DNA of 64,000 bases from an uncultured virus (IMG/VR IMGVR_UViG_3300030382_003857) (taxonomy: Duplodnaviria > Heunggongvirae > Uroviricota > Caudoviricetes), in the IMG/VR virus record IMGVR_UViG_3300030382_003857, one strand, 5' to 3'. Below the pieces are notes generated by a model, which saw only the letters and a list, made by a program, of their open reading frames with translations, had not been told where the DNA came from and made no database searches. Below, one piece after another: positions 9,453 through 18,840 of this stretch (positions are counted from its first letter, which is position 1; each line of letters opens with the position of its first letter). The translations under genes were made by a program, and so were the position numbers.

Positions 9453-11699
9453 TTACCATTTAAAAAGGTTAACTACTAGACCACCCTCTTTTTTGTATAA
9501 TTTGAAAGGTTGTCCTAACATTTCTGGAGTGATTTTTAAAGCAAATACTTCATAATAATTTCGAACGTCATCTTTTGGAATATATTTCACAGTTTGCGTC
9601 GATGCTGCAAAAGCCTCGGCTTCAGCCTGGGTCTCAAATGCAGCTACATGCTCTTTAGATCCTTTTATATTCAATTCAGGTTTTCCTTTTCTTGTTTCAA
9701 TAACTTTATAAGGTTTGTTAGGATCTGACAAGGAAATTCTAATTGTTTTAGCTTCGGAATTATATTGTTTGGCTAGATCTATCATTCTTTGAGGTAAAAC
9801 AGCGGTTTGTTTAACATTAGTTTGTTTCCCTTTTAAAAGTAAGCCGGGAATACCCGCCTTTCCTTTAGCTGTACCATAAAATTCTAAATCTCCAAGTTTA
9901 ACTTCACGCTTTAAGCCGTGTAATTTTTCTACAGGATTAATAGCTACCCATTGGACATTACTTTCTGCTCCGGTTTTAGCCACATGTTTAATCATATGGT
10001 CTCCCCATTGATCTCTTTGAATCATAGGAAGATACCCTATCTCATCCGAGTGACTCGCTGCTCTTTTAGTCGCTAAGTTAATACTATTAATGGTGTTCAT
10101 TTTAATATCTCCATAGACTCGTCTTAATTCATTTAATTTTCTAAAATCCTTTTCTGTCATTTTAAGACCTTTATTCGTAAGTGCATTCATTTGTTCTCTT
10201 AGCGTTCTTAAACTAATATTGGCTTGTAAAAATTCTCCTTCTCGATTGAAAGGATTAAAACGTTCATTAGGTTCTGTAATGCCTTGCGTTTGTTTTCTAT
10301 TGCTTCGAATCGCTCTCATGGCGCTTTGAGCATAGTCCGCTTGTCCTTCATGAATCATAAAAACTTTTTCACCCCCGTCAGTTGTTCGTTGTCCATAACG
10401 TACATGATAAATTTGGTTATTAATTTCTTTGTTACCTACTCGTTCATAGTGAGAAGGTGAGATATTTTTACCCCAAGGCATACTTTTTGGATAAACAATA
10501 AGATCTTCAATATAACGCTCATCTCCATGCGTTCGATATTCCATACGATCTCCGTATCGAGTGGTTCTCTCACTTTTTTTGATTCGATTAACTTGTCTTA
10601 AATAATCTGTTACCTTTTGTTTTTGAAGATTGAGTGCAGTGGTATCTATAAAAGCTGGCACAGGAATCGCTTTATTTTTTGCACTAAAGGCATTTTTAAA
10701 TTGTGTACTGGTATGTAATAAATCTGTCAGACTTTCTTCTAAATTTTTAAGTTGTTCCTGCTGTTTACCTATTGATACGTTAGGACGATTAAAACTTTTT
10801 GATACAGTTAATAAATCATCTGTAATCTGACCTAAAGTATCATCAATGTTAGCTATTCCAGGTTCATTAACTAATTTTGCAACATTAGCTTTGGCATTTT
10901 TAATTTGGTTTAACGTTGATGTAATGACCGGTGCCATCTCTTTACCGGCTTGTACGGTATCTTCAAATCTAATGACTTTAAAATTAACCGCAGGGGATTT
11001 AACAACTTTGGTTAATAAATCTTCTTTAGATACAGGAATATTCATTTTTCTTGCATTAAAAAGATAACCTCCTACTAATTCATTGCTTTTATTAAAATTT
11101 GCAATATTAGCATCAAATAATTCTTCTCGATCAATTCTCATTTTAACTTTTTCAAAACCCGGTGCTGTGGATCTTAGTGTCGCCATTCGATTATGATTGG
11201 CAAATTCATTAATCCATTGTTGTGCCGATAAAGGTTTTTTAGAAGGATGGGTTGCAATAAAATCGTAGAGGGCTGATCCAAATCTTCCTTTTCCAGATCC
11301 TTGAGTTAAAGGAGTAGCTGCCGCTTTAGCTGAAAAAATATTACTAGCACTTTTAACATTAACCGGGGGAAGTTTCTCAACCGTTTGCATAGCATTAAAG
11401 GTTTCTGTTTTACCTGATTTAATAATTTCATCTACTTTGTCGATGACTTTAGGTTCCGTGATCCGTGGAGGAGGAACCAAAGCTTTACTTTTCCCTAAAG
11501 GTGTTTTTGTTAATTCAGGAACTAAGTTTAAAAAAGGAAATCTTTTTTTGAGTAAATACCCAACCCCCGCGATACCTCCTACAGTGACCGCGGCTCCCGG
11601 TACCCAAGAGTGATCTTTACGAGGTTTAGTAAGAATGCCATCTTTAGACTTACCAACCTTATATTGTTCAATAGCCTCTTCTAAATTTTTATTAGCCAT
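9453..11699 (-). CDS. Large putative internal (ejected) virion protein
   Basis: 748 aa; HVR...IHEGQAD segment; ends YKKEGGLVVNLFKW. Confidence 0.55.
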   Translation of the reverse strand: MANKNLEEAIEQYKVGKSKDGILTKPRKDHSWVPGAAVTVGGIAGVGYLLKKRFPFLNLVPELTKTPLGKSKALVPPPRITEPKVIDKVDEIIKSGKTETFNAMQTVEKLPPVNVKSASNIFSAKAAATPLTQGSGKGRFGSALYDFIATHPSKKPLSAQQWINEFANHNRMATLRSTAPGFEKVKMRIDREELFDANIANFNKSNELVGGYLFNARKMNIPVSKEDLLTKVVKSPAVNFKVIRFEDTVQAGKEMAPVITSTLNQIKNAKANVAKLVNEPGIANIDDTLGQITDDLLTVSKSFNRPNVSIGKQQEQLKNLEESLTDLLHTSTQFKNAFSAKNKAIPVPAFIDTTALNLQKQKVTDYLRQVNRIKKSERTTRYGDRMEYRTHGDERYIEDLIVYPKSMPWGKNISPSHYERVGNKEINNQIYHVRYGQRTTDGGEKVFMIHEGQADYAQSAMRAIRSNRKQTQGITEPNERFNPFNREGEFLQANISLRTLREQMNALTNKGLKMTEKDFRKLNELRRVYGDIKMNTINSINLATKRAASHSDEIGYLPMIQRDQWGDHMIKHVAKTGAESNVQWVAINPVEKLHGLKREVKLGDLEFYGTAKGKAGIPGLLLKGKQTNVKQTAVLPQRMIDLAKQYNSEAKTIRISLSDPNKPYKVIETRKGKPELNIKGSKEHVAAFETQAEAEAFAASTQTVKYIPKDDVRNYYEVFALKITPEMLGQPFKLYKKEGGLVVNLFKW

Positions 11700-11962
11700 T
11701 ATAGTAAATCCTTGTCTACGTTTTTACCGATGACAATTTCTCCCCCTTCGCTACGATTTGTAACTTGGCCTTTAAGATTTACTTTTAGTTTATATTTATC
11801 AATTAATTCTTTTCTAGCTGAGGTGTAAGCTGAATTTCTGCTCAAGCCGGCTGCTTGATTTTCTTTATAAAGATTTTCAAATATCTTTTGAGCTCTTTTC
11901 CCTACTCTAGCCTTTTTAAAGACCATATTTAAAACGGGAAGTCCAAATTTAAATATTGACAT
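11699..11962 (-). CDS. Small basic protein with C-terminal GKNVDKDLL tag
   Basis: Ends SEGGEIVIGKNVDKDLL. Confidence 0.7.
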   Translation of the reverse strand: MSIFKFGLPVLNMVFKKARVGKRAQKIFENLYKENQAAGLSRNSAYTSARKELIDKYKLKVNLKGQVTNRSEGGEIVIGKNVDKDLL

Positions 11963-11970
11963 GTGTTCTC

Positions 11971-13449
11971 CTAATAATAAACAAATTTTTTGTTTGCCTG
12001 TGCTTCTTTAATTTCGTCTTCATCCGTATAGGTCGAAACAAAATATCCTTGTCGATATCTTAACACAGCTTGGGTTGTACTATCTACATAGTCATCATAT
12101 TCTCCATGAGGAAAAGCAGCACATTCTTCAATCACTTCTTGAGCAAACCGAGCATTTGCTGGATACCAAACCTGACCCGATTCAAACACCGGGGATACTG
12201 CATTTACCCGTGAATGTTTATCTTTTCCTTTACTAGGAACAAAATCAATAACTGGAATTCCCATTCGTCTAAACTCTTGTAAAAGGGGCTGACCCGTGGC
12301 TTTTGCTTCAATAATCACGGACTCTGGTTGCCAGTATCTATATTGTTCTAAAGCAATAGCTTTTAATTCAGGAAAATCCCATTTTCCTCTCATAGCATCT
12401 AATAGGAGTAAAGCATCAGGTTGATTCTCATCAGGTTGAAAAACAGCCCAACTTGTAATAGCTGAATAATCTGCTGTTTCTTTTTTCGAAAATGCTGTAT
12501 CATAAGATTGAATAACATGTTTAAGTTTAGGTATGGCATATTTCCAAGGACGCCACCAATCTCGTTTAAGGATTGCTCCTTCTTCAGAAGTGGGTTCTTG
12601 CATATATTGAGCCGACCAGTTACGGATTGAAATTGAAGCCTTCACCTTTTCTAACTCATCTAAAGACCAGTATTCAGGCCATACCGGGGAACCTGATGGT
12701 AATATTGCTGGGAATGATATTTGTTTCCATTTGTCTGCTTTGGGTTCTGACTGCATACGTAATAGACGTCCTGTTAGATCATCTTCCGCCCATCTGGTCA
12801 TCACTAAAACGATGGATCCGCCGGGTTGTAAACGCTGTCTTGGGCCGCTAGTATACCATTCATAAGCTCGTTCCATTGCGTTCTCTGACCAAGAATCTTG
12901 TTCCGTGTGTGGATCATCAATAATCAACAAGTCCGCACCACGACCCGTGATTGCTCCACCAACACCAGCTGCAAAATATTCTCCGCCATAATTGGTTTCC
13001 CATTTTCCTTTTGCTTTTGCATCTTCTCTTAATCGAACATCTCCGAAGATTTGTTTGTATTCAGGAGTATCTAATAAGTTTCTAACCTTACTACCAAACC
13101 TAGTTGCTAATTCTGTATTGTGAGAAACCTGCATTAACTTCATCTTAGGATTTCGTCCCATAAGCCAAGCTGGAAAATAAACAGAAGCAAATTCAGATTT
13201 TGTATGACGCGGGGGCATATTTACAATTAAACGTTTTGCTCTATCTCTAGAAATAGAAGTAAACTCATTAGCTATAATTTGATGATGTCCCCACTTTGTT
13301 TTATCTTTTGTTTTTCTATAAATAAATTCAGGCCATACATTTTTTACAAAATATAAAAAATTATCTTGGCATAACTTAATATGTTCAATCCAAGTTTTCT
13401 CTACTCTATCCCGTAATTGATCTAAAGATAAAAGGTCAGTCTTATTCAT
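11971..13449 (-). CDS. terL: Terminase large subunit
   Basis: MPPRHTKS Walker A variant, LLIIDDP Walker B, SYDTA and DDYVD nuclease acids. Confidence 0.92.
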   Translation of the reverse strand: MNKTDLLSLDQLRDRVEKTWIEHIKLCQDNFLYFVKNVWPEFIYRKTKDKTKWGHHQIIANEFTSISRDRAKRLIVNMPPRHTKSEFASVYFPAWLMGRNPKMKLMQVSHNTELATRFGSKVRNLLDTPEYKQIFGDVRLREDAKAKGKWETNYGGEYFAAGVGGAITGRGADLLIIDDPHTEQDSWSENAMERAYEWYTSGPRQRLQPGGSIVLVMTRWAEDDLTGRLLRMQSEPKADKWKQISFPAILPSGSPVWPEYWSLDELEKVKASISIRNWSAQYMQEPTSEEGAILKRDWWRPWKYAIPKLKHVIQSYDTAFSKKETADYSAITSWAVFQPDENQPDALLLLDAMRGKWDFPELKAIALEQYRYWQPESVIIEAKATGQPLLQEFRRMGIPVIDFVPSKGKDKHSRVNAVSPVFESGQVWYPANARFAQEVIEECAAFPHGEYDDYVDSTTQAVLRYRQGYFVSTYTDEDEIKEAQANKKFVYY

Positions 13450-13569
13450 ATTGTTTTAAAATTTTAAAAAATTTTTTAGTAGGAGTCCCATATTGTTTTA
13501 TACCATACTGCGTGTCTATTTCTTGCTTAAATCCAGCCCGTCCGAAATACAACTTACACTAGAACGTCA

Positions 13570-13616
13570 CCACAACATATAGTAGTTATTAACTTATGTC
13601 TATCTACATCTTGGTA
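13570..13616. promoter_or_regulatory. Tandem NrdR-box-like sites
   Basis: ccACAACATATAGTag and taTCTACATCTTGGta, 31 bp apart. Confidence 0.5.
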
Positions 13617-13705
13617 CCTCTATGGATTGGTGACGACCTGCGATGGTGAGCTGCTGTGAGCTGCCTGTGAAGGATTCTATTGTGATTGTGTAGTATTTAC
13701 GTAAA

Positions 13706-13739
13706 GAAAAAGGCAAGGCGATGTTAATCGCCTTGCCTT
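13706..13739 (-). terminator. Intrinsic terminator ending the accessory transcripts
   Basis: Minus strand aaggcaaggcgat-taac-atcgccttgcctt then U run. Confidence 0.85.
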
Positions 13740-13749
13740 ATGTTATTTA

Positions 13750-13995
13750 TTATTCGCCAACTATTTGATTGATTAAAGGTTTTAAGTTGTTAATTACTTT
13801 AACCTTTAACTTCTCAACAACTGGGTCATTAGGATATTCAAGAAGTATTTCTTCAATAGCACTCTCAACTTGTTTATATAACAGTTGATAGTTTATCTTC
13901 TTCTCTACTAATGGTTTATCAGTTGCAACATCAACTTCATTTGAGTTAGCACGAGTTAGATTAGATTTAGCTAAAGTAATTAAACTATTGGTCAT
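13750..13995 (-). CDS. Hypothetical accessory protein
   Basis: 81 aa, overlaps the upstream gene, followed by a terminator. Confidence 0.7.
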   Translation of the reverse strand: MTNSLITLAKSNLTRANSNEVDVATDKPLVEKKINYQLLYKQVESAIEEILLEYPNDPVVEKLKVKVINNLKPLINQIVGE

Positions 13996-14356
13996 TACTT
14001 ACCACTTTATAATCAACCTTGATTTCAAGTGTAGGCATCTCAACTAAAAACTTCATATAGATTTTAGGATATGCTACCTTAAATGCACTAACATCAAAAC
14101 GTTTAGATGTCTTTTTTATCCTTTGAGCAAAACCCTCATACACTATACCATTGTGTTTAACACCAGCTAATATATGAGCATTTGTTTTTTCAAAGTATGG
14201 AAGTATTTCATTTTTTAACTGCACTTCCAATTTACCTTTTTCTCGTCTATCAGTTTTTATTATTCCATAGTTGAGTATTACTTCTTTTTCTTTAATACCA
14301 ACTTTTACTTTTTTGGAAATATCTGCTTTGACGATTTGCTTTGTTGCATTGGTCAT
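13985..14356 (-). CDS. Hypothetical accessory protein
   Basis: 123 aa; RFDVSAFK..YPKIY segment; purine-rich SD. Confidence 0.7.
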   Translation of the reverse strand: MTNATKQIVKADISKKVKVGIKEKEVILNYGIIKTDRREKGKLEVQLKNEILPYFEKTNAHILAGVKHNGIVYEGFAQRIKKTSKRFDVSAFKVAYPKIYMKFLVEMPTLEIKVDYKVVSNDQ

Positions 14357-14805
14357 TTGCTTTTTTCCCTTTCTACTTACATTAGTGTAAGTATCTAATT
14401 CGTATCATATCCCACGAATTTAGCAAGGATTAAAAACTAATAACTTCTGCAACCCACAATATATAAATTAATATAATTGGAGATATATAAACAATGAAAC
14501 TCATTTATTCTCAGGCACGGAAGCTTGGTAACTTGAACTTCGGCTGCGTAGAGCTGCAACCCAACCCAACGTAGCGTAAAACAACGAAGAACGAGGAACG
14601 AGAAACTATTTTTTATATTTCTTCTTATCATACTTTCTCTTTATCCAATAAAGATTGATTGATTTTCTAAAGCTGTTGCCTGATACTATCCTGAACTCTC
14701 TTGGCAATTCTCCTTTGCTTCTCTTAAATTGGGGACGAGAAGCACCAACCAGCGTGTTGCTGTTGTCTCTGAACTTTCTTCTAATCATCTCTTTGTGAAC
14801 GAGGA

Positions 14806-14832
14806 ACGTGCAACGGTATTGCCGTTGCACGT
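14806..14832. other. Perfect 11-bp hairpin just past the accessory gene stop
   Basis: acgtgcaacgg-tattg-ccgttgcacgt. Confidence 0.7.
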
Positions 14833-14843
14833 GTTGGCATTAA

Positions 14844-15413
14844 TCAACAAATCTCAAACCCACCACTTTGCTCACAAAACCGAGCGAACTCTTTAACGTT
14901 TGCCACGCTAAACGGATAATGCGAAGCAAATTGTTCTTTGTCTCGCATTGTATTCCACGTCTCGTAGTGATGTTTAGGATAATCACGAGGTGCAATATCT
15001 TTCAGCTTGTGTTTCTTCTGCCACGCTTCAATCTCTTTAGAGATTTTTTTATTATGCATTTCCATTTGCTTACGTTCTTTCTCATAACGGTCTGCATATT
15101 CTTTGGTGTGTCCAGATTTAATAAGATGAAACAACTGCTTTGCAATTTGTGTTGCTTCTTCGTCTGTCGCCCCGTGTCCACTATTCTCGTCCCAACCTTT
15201 TCCGTCTGTGACTTTCGTGAAACGTATCACGTAGTCAGCAAGAGGACGCCACCACCAAACGTTATTTCTAAAATAAAAGCCAACGTTTTCTTTTTCGAAC
15301 TTTGCCATTTCTTCGAAGTAGGTTTCTACTTCAGCTTTGTCATCAAAGTTAAGTGGTCTGATTGGTTTAGGACTTTTTAGTTTTGGATTTTTTCCATATA
15401 CGTCCATACCCAT
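14844..15413 (-). CDS. Hypothetical accessory protein, start moved to MGMDVYG
   Basis: YFRNNVWWWRPL, FCEQSGGFEIC; AAGGAG SD precedes ATG at 15413. Confidence 0.8.
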   Translation of the reverse strand: MGMDVYGKNPKLKSPKPIRPLNFDDKAEVETYFEEMAKFEKENVGFYFRNNVWWWRPLADYVIRFTKVTDGKGWDENSGHGATDEEATQIAKQLFHLIKSGHTKEYADRYEKERKQMEMHNKKISKEIEAWQKKHKLKDIAPRDYPKHHYETWNTMRDKEQFASHYPFSVANVKEFARFCEQSGGFEIC

Positions 15414-15433
15414 AATGTTCACACTCCTTTCAA

Positions 15434-15467
15434 CTCCCAACTTTATAAGATTATAAATTAAAGTCAA
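15434..15467 (-). promoter_or_regulatory. Sigma70-like promoter with degenerate operator
   Basis: TTGACT-N16-TAAAGT overlapping ATCTTA-N6-TGGGAG. Confidence 0.6.
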
Positions 15468-15717
15468 ACGGAATTTGGAATTAGTTCACAGGCACCACCC
15501 CCACCTGCCACGCAGCCCCCAGCACTCCTGACTGACGCCGCTTCCCGTGCGAAACTTAATAAACGGCGTGGCGTAGCTTGGGTGACAATAACGTAACGTG
15601 CCCGGCAGTCTGCAGCGGGGACTTACAAAATCATTATTATGACCAGAAGGGTGAGCAACGTAGCGTTCGGCTTCCAGAGAAGACTTCCAACAAACAGGAC
15701 GCTGAGCGTGAGGAAGC

Positions 15718-16035
15718 TCATGCGGCACTCCGATCTGCCAGGATCTCCTGAGCTCTGACCTCAACGGCATACCATGCCAGCTGGTTCTTCAGCTGCGTAA
15801 TGCTGCCGGCATCCTTCGCGATCCGAGCAACTAAATCCATAAGCTTGAGGCCTTCGTCCCGGGCGTGCTCATACAGCAGGTTCCAAATCTCTTCCTCGTG
15901 ATCATCATGGAATTCTACCGTCTCGCGGTAATAGATCAGGCCACCCACGCCTCCTGAGCAGCCGTGTTCGGCGACGTCTTTGATGAGGAAGATATCGTCT
16001 CCCTCTTGTTTGTATAACCATTCTTTAATTTTCAT
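15718..16035 (-). CDS. Hypothetical acidic accessory protein
   Basis: HGCSGGVGGLIYYRET motif; locally high GC. Confidence 0.75.
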   Translation of the reverse strand: MKIKEWLYKQEGDDIFLIKDVAEHGCSGGVGGLIYYRETVEFHDDHEEEIWNLLYEHARDEGLKLMDLVARIAKDAGSITQLKNQLAWYAVEVRAQEILADRSAA

Positions 16036-16301
16036 CAGTGCTGCCTCCCCAGTCGCGAGGTTACTGCAGGATGCTTCCGGCCCTCGAAATCAACATGCAA
16101 CATGTTAGCCTCATGTCGCGTGCACCAGGCTTGAAACCCCCATTGAGTCCAGCCCACTTCAATGGCTGCGTATTCTCTTGGGCTCGTGTTGTCAGGTAAT
16201 GAGTCGAGGCACTTCTTGCAATGTAAGAATGCAACGATATTGTTCTTGGCCATCGTGTCAACGGATGGCTGTTTCTTTCTTTTCAGATTTTTCTTTTTCA
16301 T
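16035..16301 (-). CDS. Hypothetical Cys/His (possibly Zn-binding) protein
   Basis: HCKKC and WCTRH; AAGGA SD. Confidence 0.75.
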   Translation of the reverse strand: MKKKNLKRKKQPSVDTMAKNNIVAFLHCKKCLDSLPDNTSPREYAAIEVGWTQWGFQAWCTRHEANMLHVDFEGRKHPAVTSRLGRQH

Positions 16302-16389
16302 AAAGTCCTTTCACTTCTAGAGGCCAAAGAATACAGGATTATGCAGCCCTCAAATCTGCTGCCCAGTTTGCTCTTTGGCCTCAAGGTCG

Positions 16390-16418
16390 ACTTTATCCCA
16401 CCCAGATGGGATTGTCAA
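16390..16418 (-). promoter_or_regulatory. Sigma70 promoter with palindromic operator
   Basis: TTGACA-N17-TAAAGT; perfect ATCCCA-N6-TGGGAT at 16395-16412. Confidence 0.75.
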
Positions 16419-16923
16419 ATGAATTAATTTTCACGAGAGCTTCCTGCTGCACAGGAGTCCAGATCCTGATGCTTAAAACACGGAAACTTCAACCTGTTTC
16501 CAACCTAAACGTAGCGTGAATACACAGAAGCCACGCCCACCACGCTGCTTCCCAGAGGATCTCCGGAAGATGGTACAAGCTTGGTGCGAGAAACGAGATA
16601 CGGGCGTAGAAAGGCGCGAGGCGTGTCGAAAGGAAATGATTACACGCCTCACGCAACCTTGTCATACCTAACAAACAGGCTGCAGTCAAGCGCACGGCTC
16701 TCCTGAGCCCCCAGCCCAGAAGACTCGCCGGGTCAGCTGTTCTTAACGTAGAACGTAGCGTAAAACGGAGGAGCTTCAACGAGGCAGCATGCTGCATCCT
16801 GAGTCCTTCCCAGAGCTCCGGGATCTTGGCCTTAAACGTAAGCGTGGAACGAGACGGGGGACGAGGAACGGCGCACGAGGTTCTGCCGGAGGCAGAACCT
16901 GCAGCTTCCCAGGGCTCGGGAGC

Positions 16924-17301
16924 CTAGAGGCCTGAGCGTAACATGCGTGAAACGAGGAGACGTAGCGTAGCCTCAGTGTCCTCTCCCTCTGCGAGAAGAG
17001 TCAAGGTTCTCGAATCACGGATCTCGAGAAGTTTAAGACCTCTCTGCAAGAGGGTCTTAACCAAGATAAATGCGTGACCACCCGCTGCATTATGATCTAA
17101 ATGCCAATTGATCTGAAACTTAGATAAGTTATAATTCTTGCGATCATTTGATTTCAATTCACACCAAAAAGATTTTCCATTTTTAATTCCATAAACATCA
17201 GGAATACCATTAATAGTATTAGATTCTACGCGAAATATTTGACCATCTTTAAAAACTTTTTTAAGTCTCAACCATAATTTACTCTCGCGATTTTTTGCCA
17301 T
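16924..17301 (-). CDS. VRR-NUC / PD-(D/E)XK resolvase-like nuclease
   Basis: E...GIPD...WCELK...LSKFQINW. Confidence 0.8.
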   Translation of the reverse strand: MAKNRESKLWLRLKKVFKDGQIFRVESNTINGIPDVYGIKNGKSFWCELKSNDRKNYNLSKFQINWHLDHNAAGGHAFILVKTLLQRGLKLLEIRDSRTLTLLAEGEDTEATLRLLVSRMLRSGL

Positions 17302-17306
17302 CTGAT

Positions 17307-17912
17307 TTAAGTCAAGTTATTTCTAAATCCATAATTAAAAGACATTGTTATTCGAGGTTTATCAGTCAAGTTAGGTTCCACATAATGAGTAGTATCAGAC
17401 CCAAACAAAAGATACACACCATTTTGAGGAGTATATATCCATTGACCAGAATTTAATGCATTGTGCTTAGTGACTTCATTTTTATAGAGCAGAGCACCTA
17501 AAACATTTGGATTTTCAAAAATAGTTCTTCCCTGTTGCTCTGTTGCTTGAATATAGTAAACACCTGAAAATATAATTCTATGATTGTCAAATAACATATG
17601 ATTATGAGGTTTATTCATATGTCCTTTACCATTAACATTAAACCAATAAGCCAAAAGATAAGGAGATTTTTTGAGATGAAGGAGACGCTGCAGGGACTTA
17701 GCATCTTCATCAATAGATTCAAACACAGGCTTCACAGACGCAACGGGTTTGTAATGTGTCTCACTTTGCCATCCCCCAATAGCAGAAATAATTTCTTGAA
17801 TCCCTTGTTTTTTTAAATTTAACGCATATCTAGCTGCGTTTTTTGATTCAACCTTATTAGTAACTAAATAACTTTTAAATATTTCATGAATCGTACTACT
17901 ATGCACTTTCAT
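17307..17912 (-). CDS. 2OG-Fe(II) oxygenase-like (HxH type)
   Basis: PHNH, SGVYY, THYVEPN, RITMSFN. Confidence 0.8.
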   Translation of the reverse strand: MKVHSSTIHEIFKSYLVTNKVESKNAARYALNLKKQGIQEIISAIGGWQSETHYKPVASVKPVFESIDEDAKSLQRLLHLKKSPYLLAYWFNVNGKGHMNKPHNHMLFDNHRIIFSGVYYIQATEQQGRTIFENPNVLGALLYKNEVTKHNALNSGQWIYTPQNGVYLLFGSDTTHYVEPNLTDKPRITMSFNYGFRNNLT

Positions 17913-18202
17913 ATCTTTTTAATTTTAGATATCACACAATTTGGAATAAGGGTAGCGTTTCCAATCTCATCAATCTCCCCAGACTTTTCATTCTTTAACG
18001 CATAGTCCCCAAAAATTCTAGTTAAGCCCTTAGACTGAGAAACTAAATGACCTTTAGTCACACAGGGAGCCAGCTTAGCATTCTTAAAAGCCTCAATGGA
18101 TTGCCAACCTGAATCAGACGTAATATCCACCCAATGTACTTCAACCATAGGATACTTATCTATTTCTCTTTTAGCCCGTTTATTTACAAATTTCTTTTTC
18201 AT
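17909..18202 (-). CDS. Hypothetical phage protein
   Basis: VEVHWVDITSDSGW; ATGA coupling. Confidence 0.7.
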   Translation of the reverse strand: MKKKFVNKRAKREIDKYPMVEVHWVDITSDSGWQSIEAFKNAKLAPCVTKGHLVSQSKGLTRIFGDYALKNEKSGEIDEIGNATLIPNCVISKIKKI

Positions 18203-18840
18203 TTAATCTCGTAACACATAAAACCATCCGACCATTGACCTTTAACCCACACATCAAACGCGATGGACAGTCTATCATCAGCAGCCAAATTTTGTTGAAC
18301 AGAATGTTTAAGAAAGGCAGGAAAGAAAATCAATGTTCCCTCTTTTTGTGGAAAGTTTATTGTTGGAGAATTACTTTCATTTGCCTTATCAAATAATATA
18401 CCAATTGTAGATTTAAAAACTCTTTCATTTTCGAATGGATCATGCAAAATTAAATTACCACATTGTGGAGGAGTCTGTAGATAATACACACCACTATAAA
18501 CTGCATTAGAATGATAATGCTTGGGTGCACCACTCTTTATGGGATGTCTGTTAACCCAACTACGCTGAATAAAAAATTTAAAGTTATTTTTAACACCAAG
18601 CTGATTGTACATTACGTCCTCTAAGTTTTTCATAATGACAGCTTTAAGATCTTTTAAACCTGAGATGCCCAAAATATTTCTATTGAGAGTAGTCAACCCA
18701 GTTTCATCTAGATTTCTAATTTCATTATTAACTGGATAGGGCTCATATTTTAATGTCTTAATAAGCTTTAGCCATTTAGGTTTAACCGGTATTTCATTAA
18801 CCGAAAGAGAAATTCCAAAAATATTAGTGTGTCTTAACAT
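18199..18840 (-). CDS. 2OG-Fe(II) oxygenase-like (HxH type)
   Basis: KHYH, SGVYY, FPAFLKHSV, RLSIAF. Confidence 0.8.
   Translation of the reverse strand: MLRHTNIFGISLSVNEIPVKPKWLKLIKTLKYEPYPVNNEIRNLDETGLTTLNRNILGISGLKDLKAVIMKNLEDVMYNQLGVKNNFKFFIQRSWVNRHPIKSGAPKHYHSNAVYSGVYYLQTPPQCGNLILHDPFENERVFKSTIGILFDKANESNSPTINFPQKEGTLIFFPAFLKHSVQQNLAADDRLSIAFDVWVKGQWSDGFMCYEIK

Larger units (their letters stand above)
14500..17050 (+). repeat. Dispersed, same-strand CG-periodic motifs in GC-rich spacers
   Basis: AACGTAGCGT at 14568, 15657, 16508, 16752; ACGTAGCGT at 16960; ACGAGGAACG at 14591, 14799, 16861; CTTCCCAG at 16548, 16806, 16905. Confidence 0.8.

Noticed and set aside
14437..16797. ORFs 14437-14631, 14606-14830, 15486-15770, 16061-16261 and 16489-16797
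   Set aside because: They cross the repeat spacers or shadow real genes, are R/L/S/A-rich like translated repeats, and lack clear SDs; 14606-14830 is not fully excluded
14500..17050. CRISPR array or mini-array
   Set aside because: Repeats are 8-15 bp and irregularly spaced, with no constant repeat-spacer unit and no cas operon; the Cas4-like nuclease is a common stand-alone phage gene
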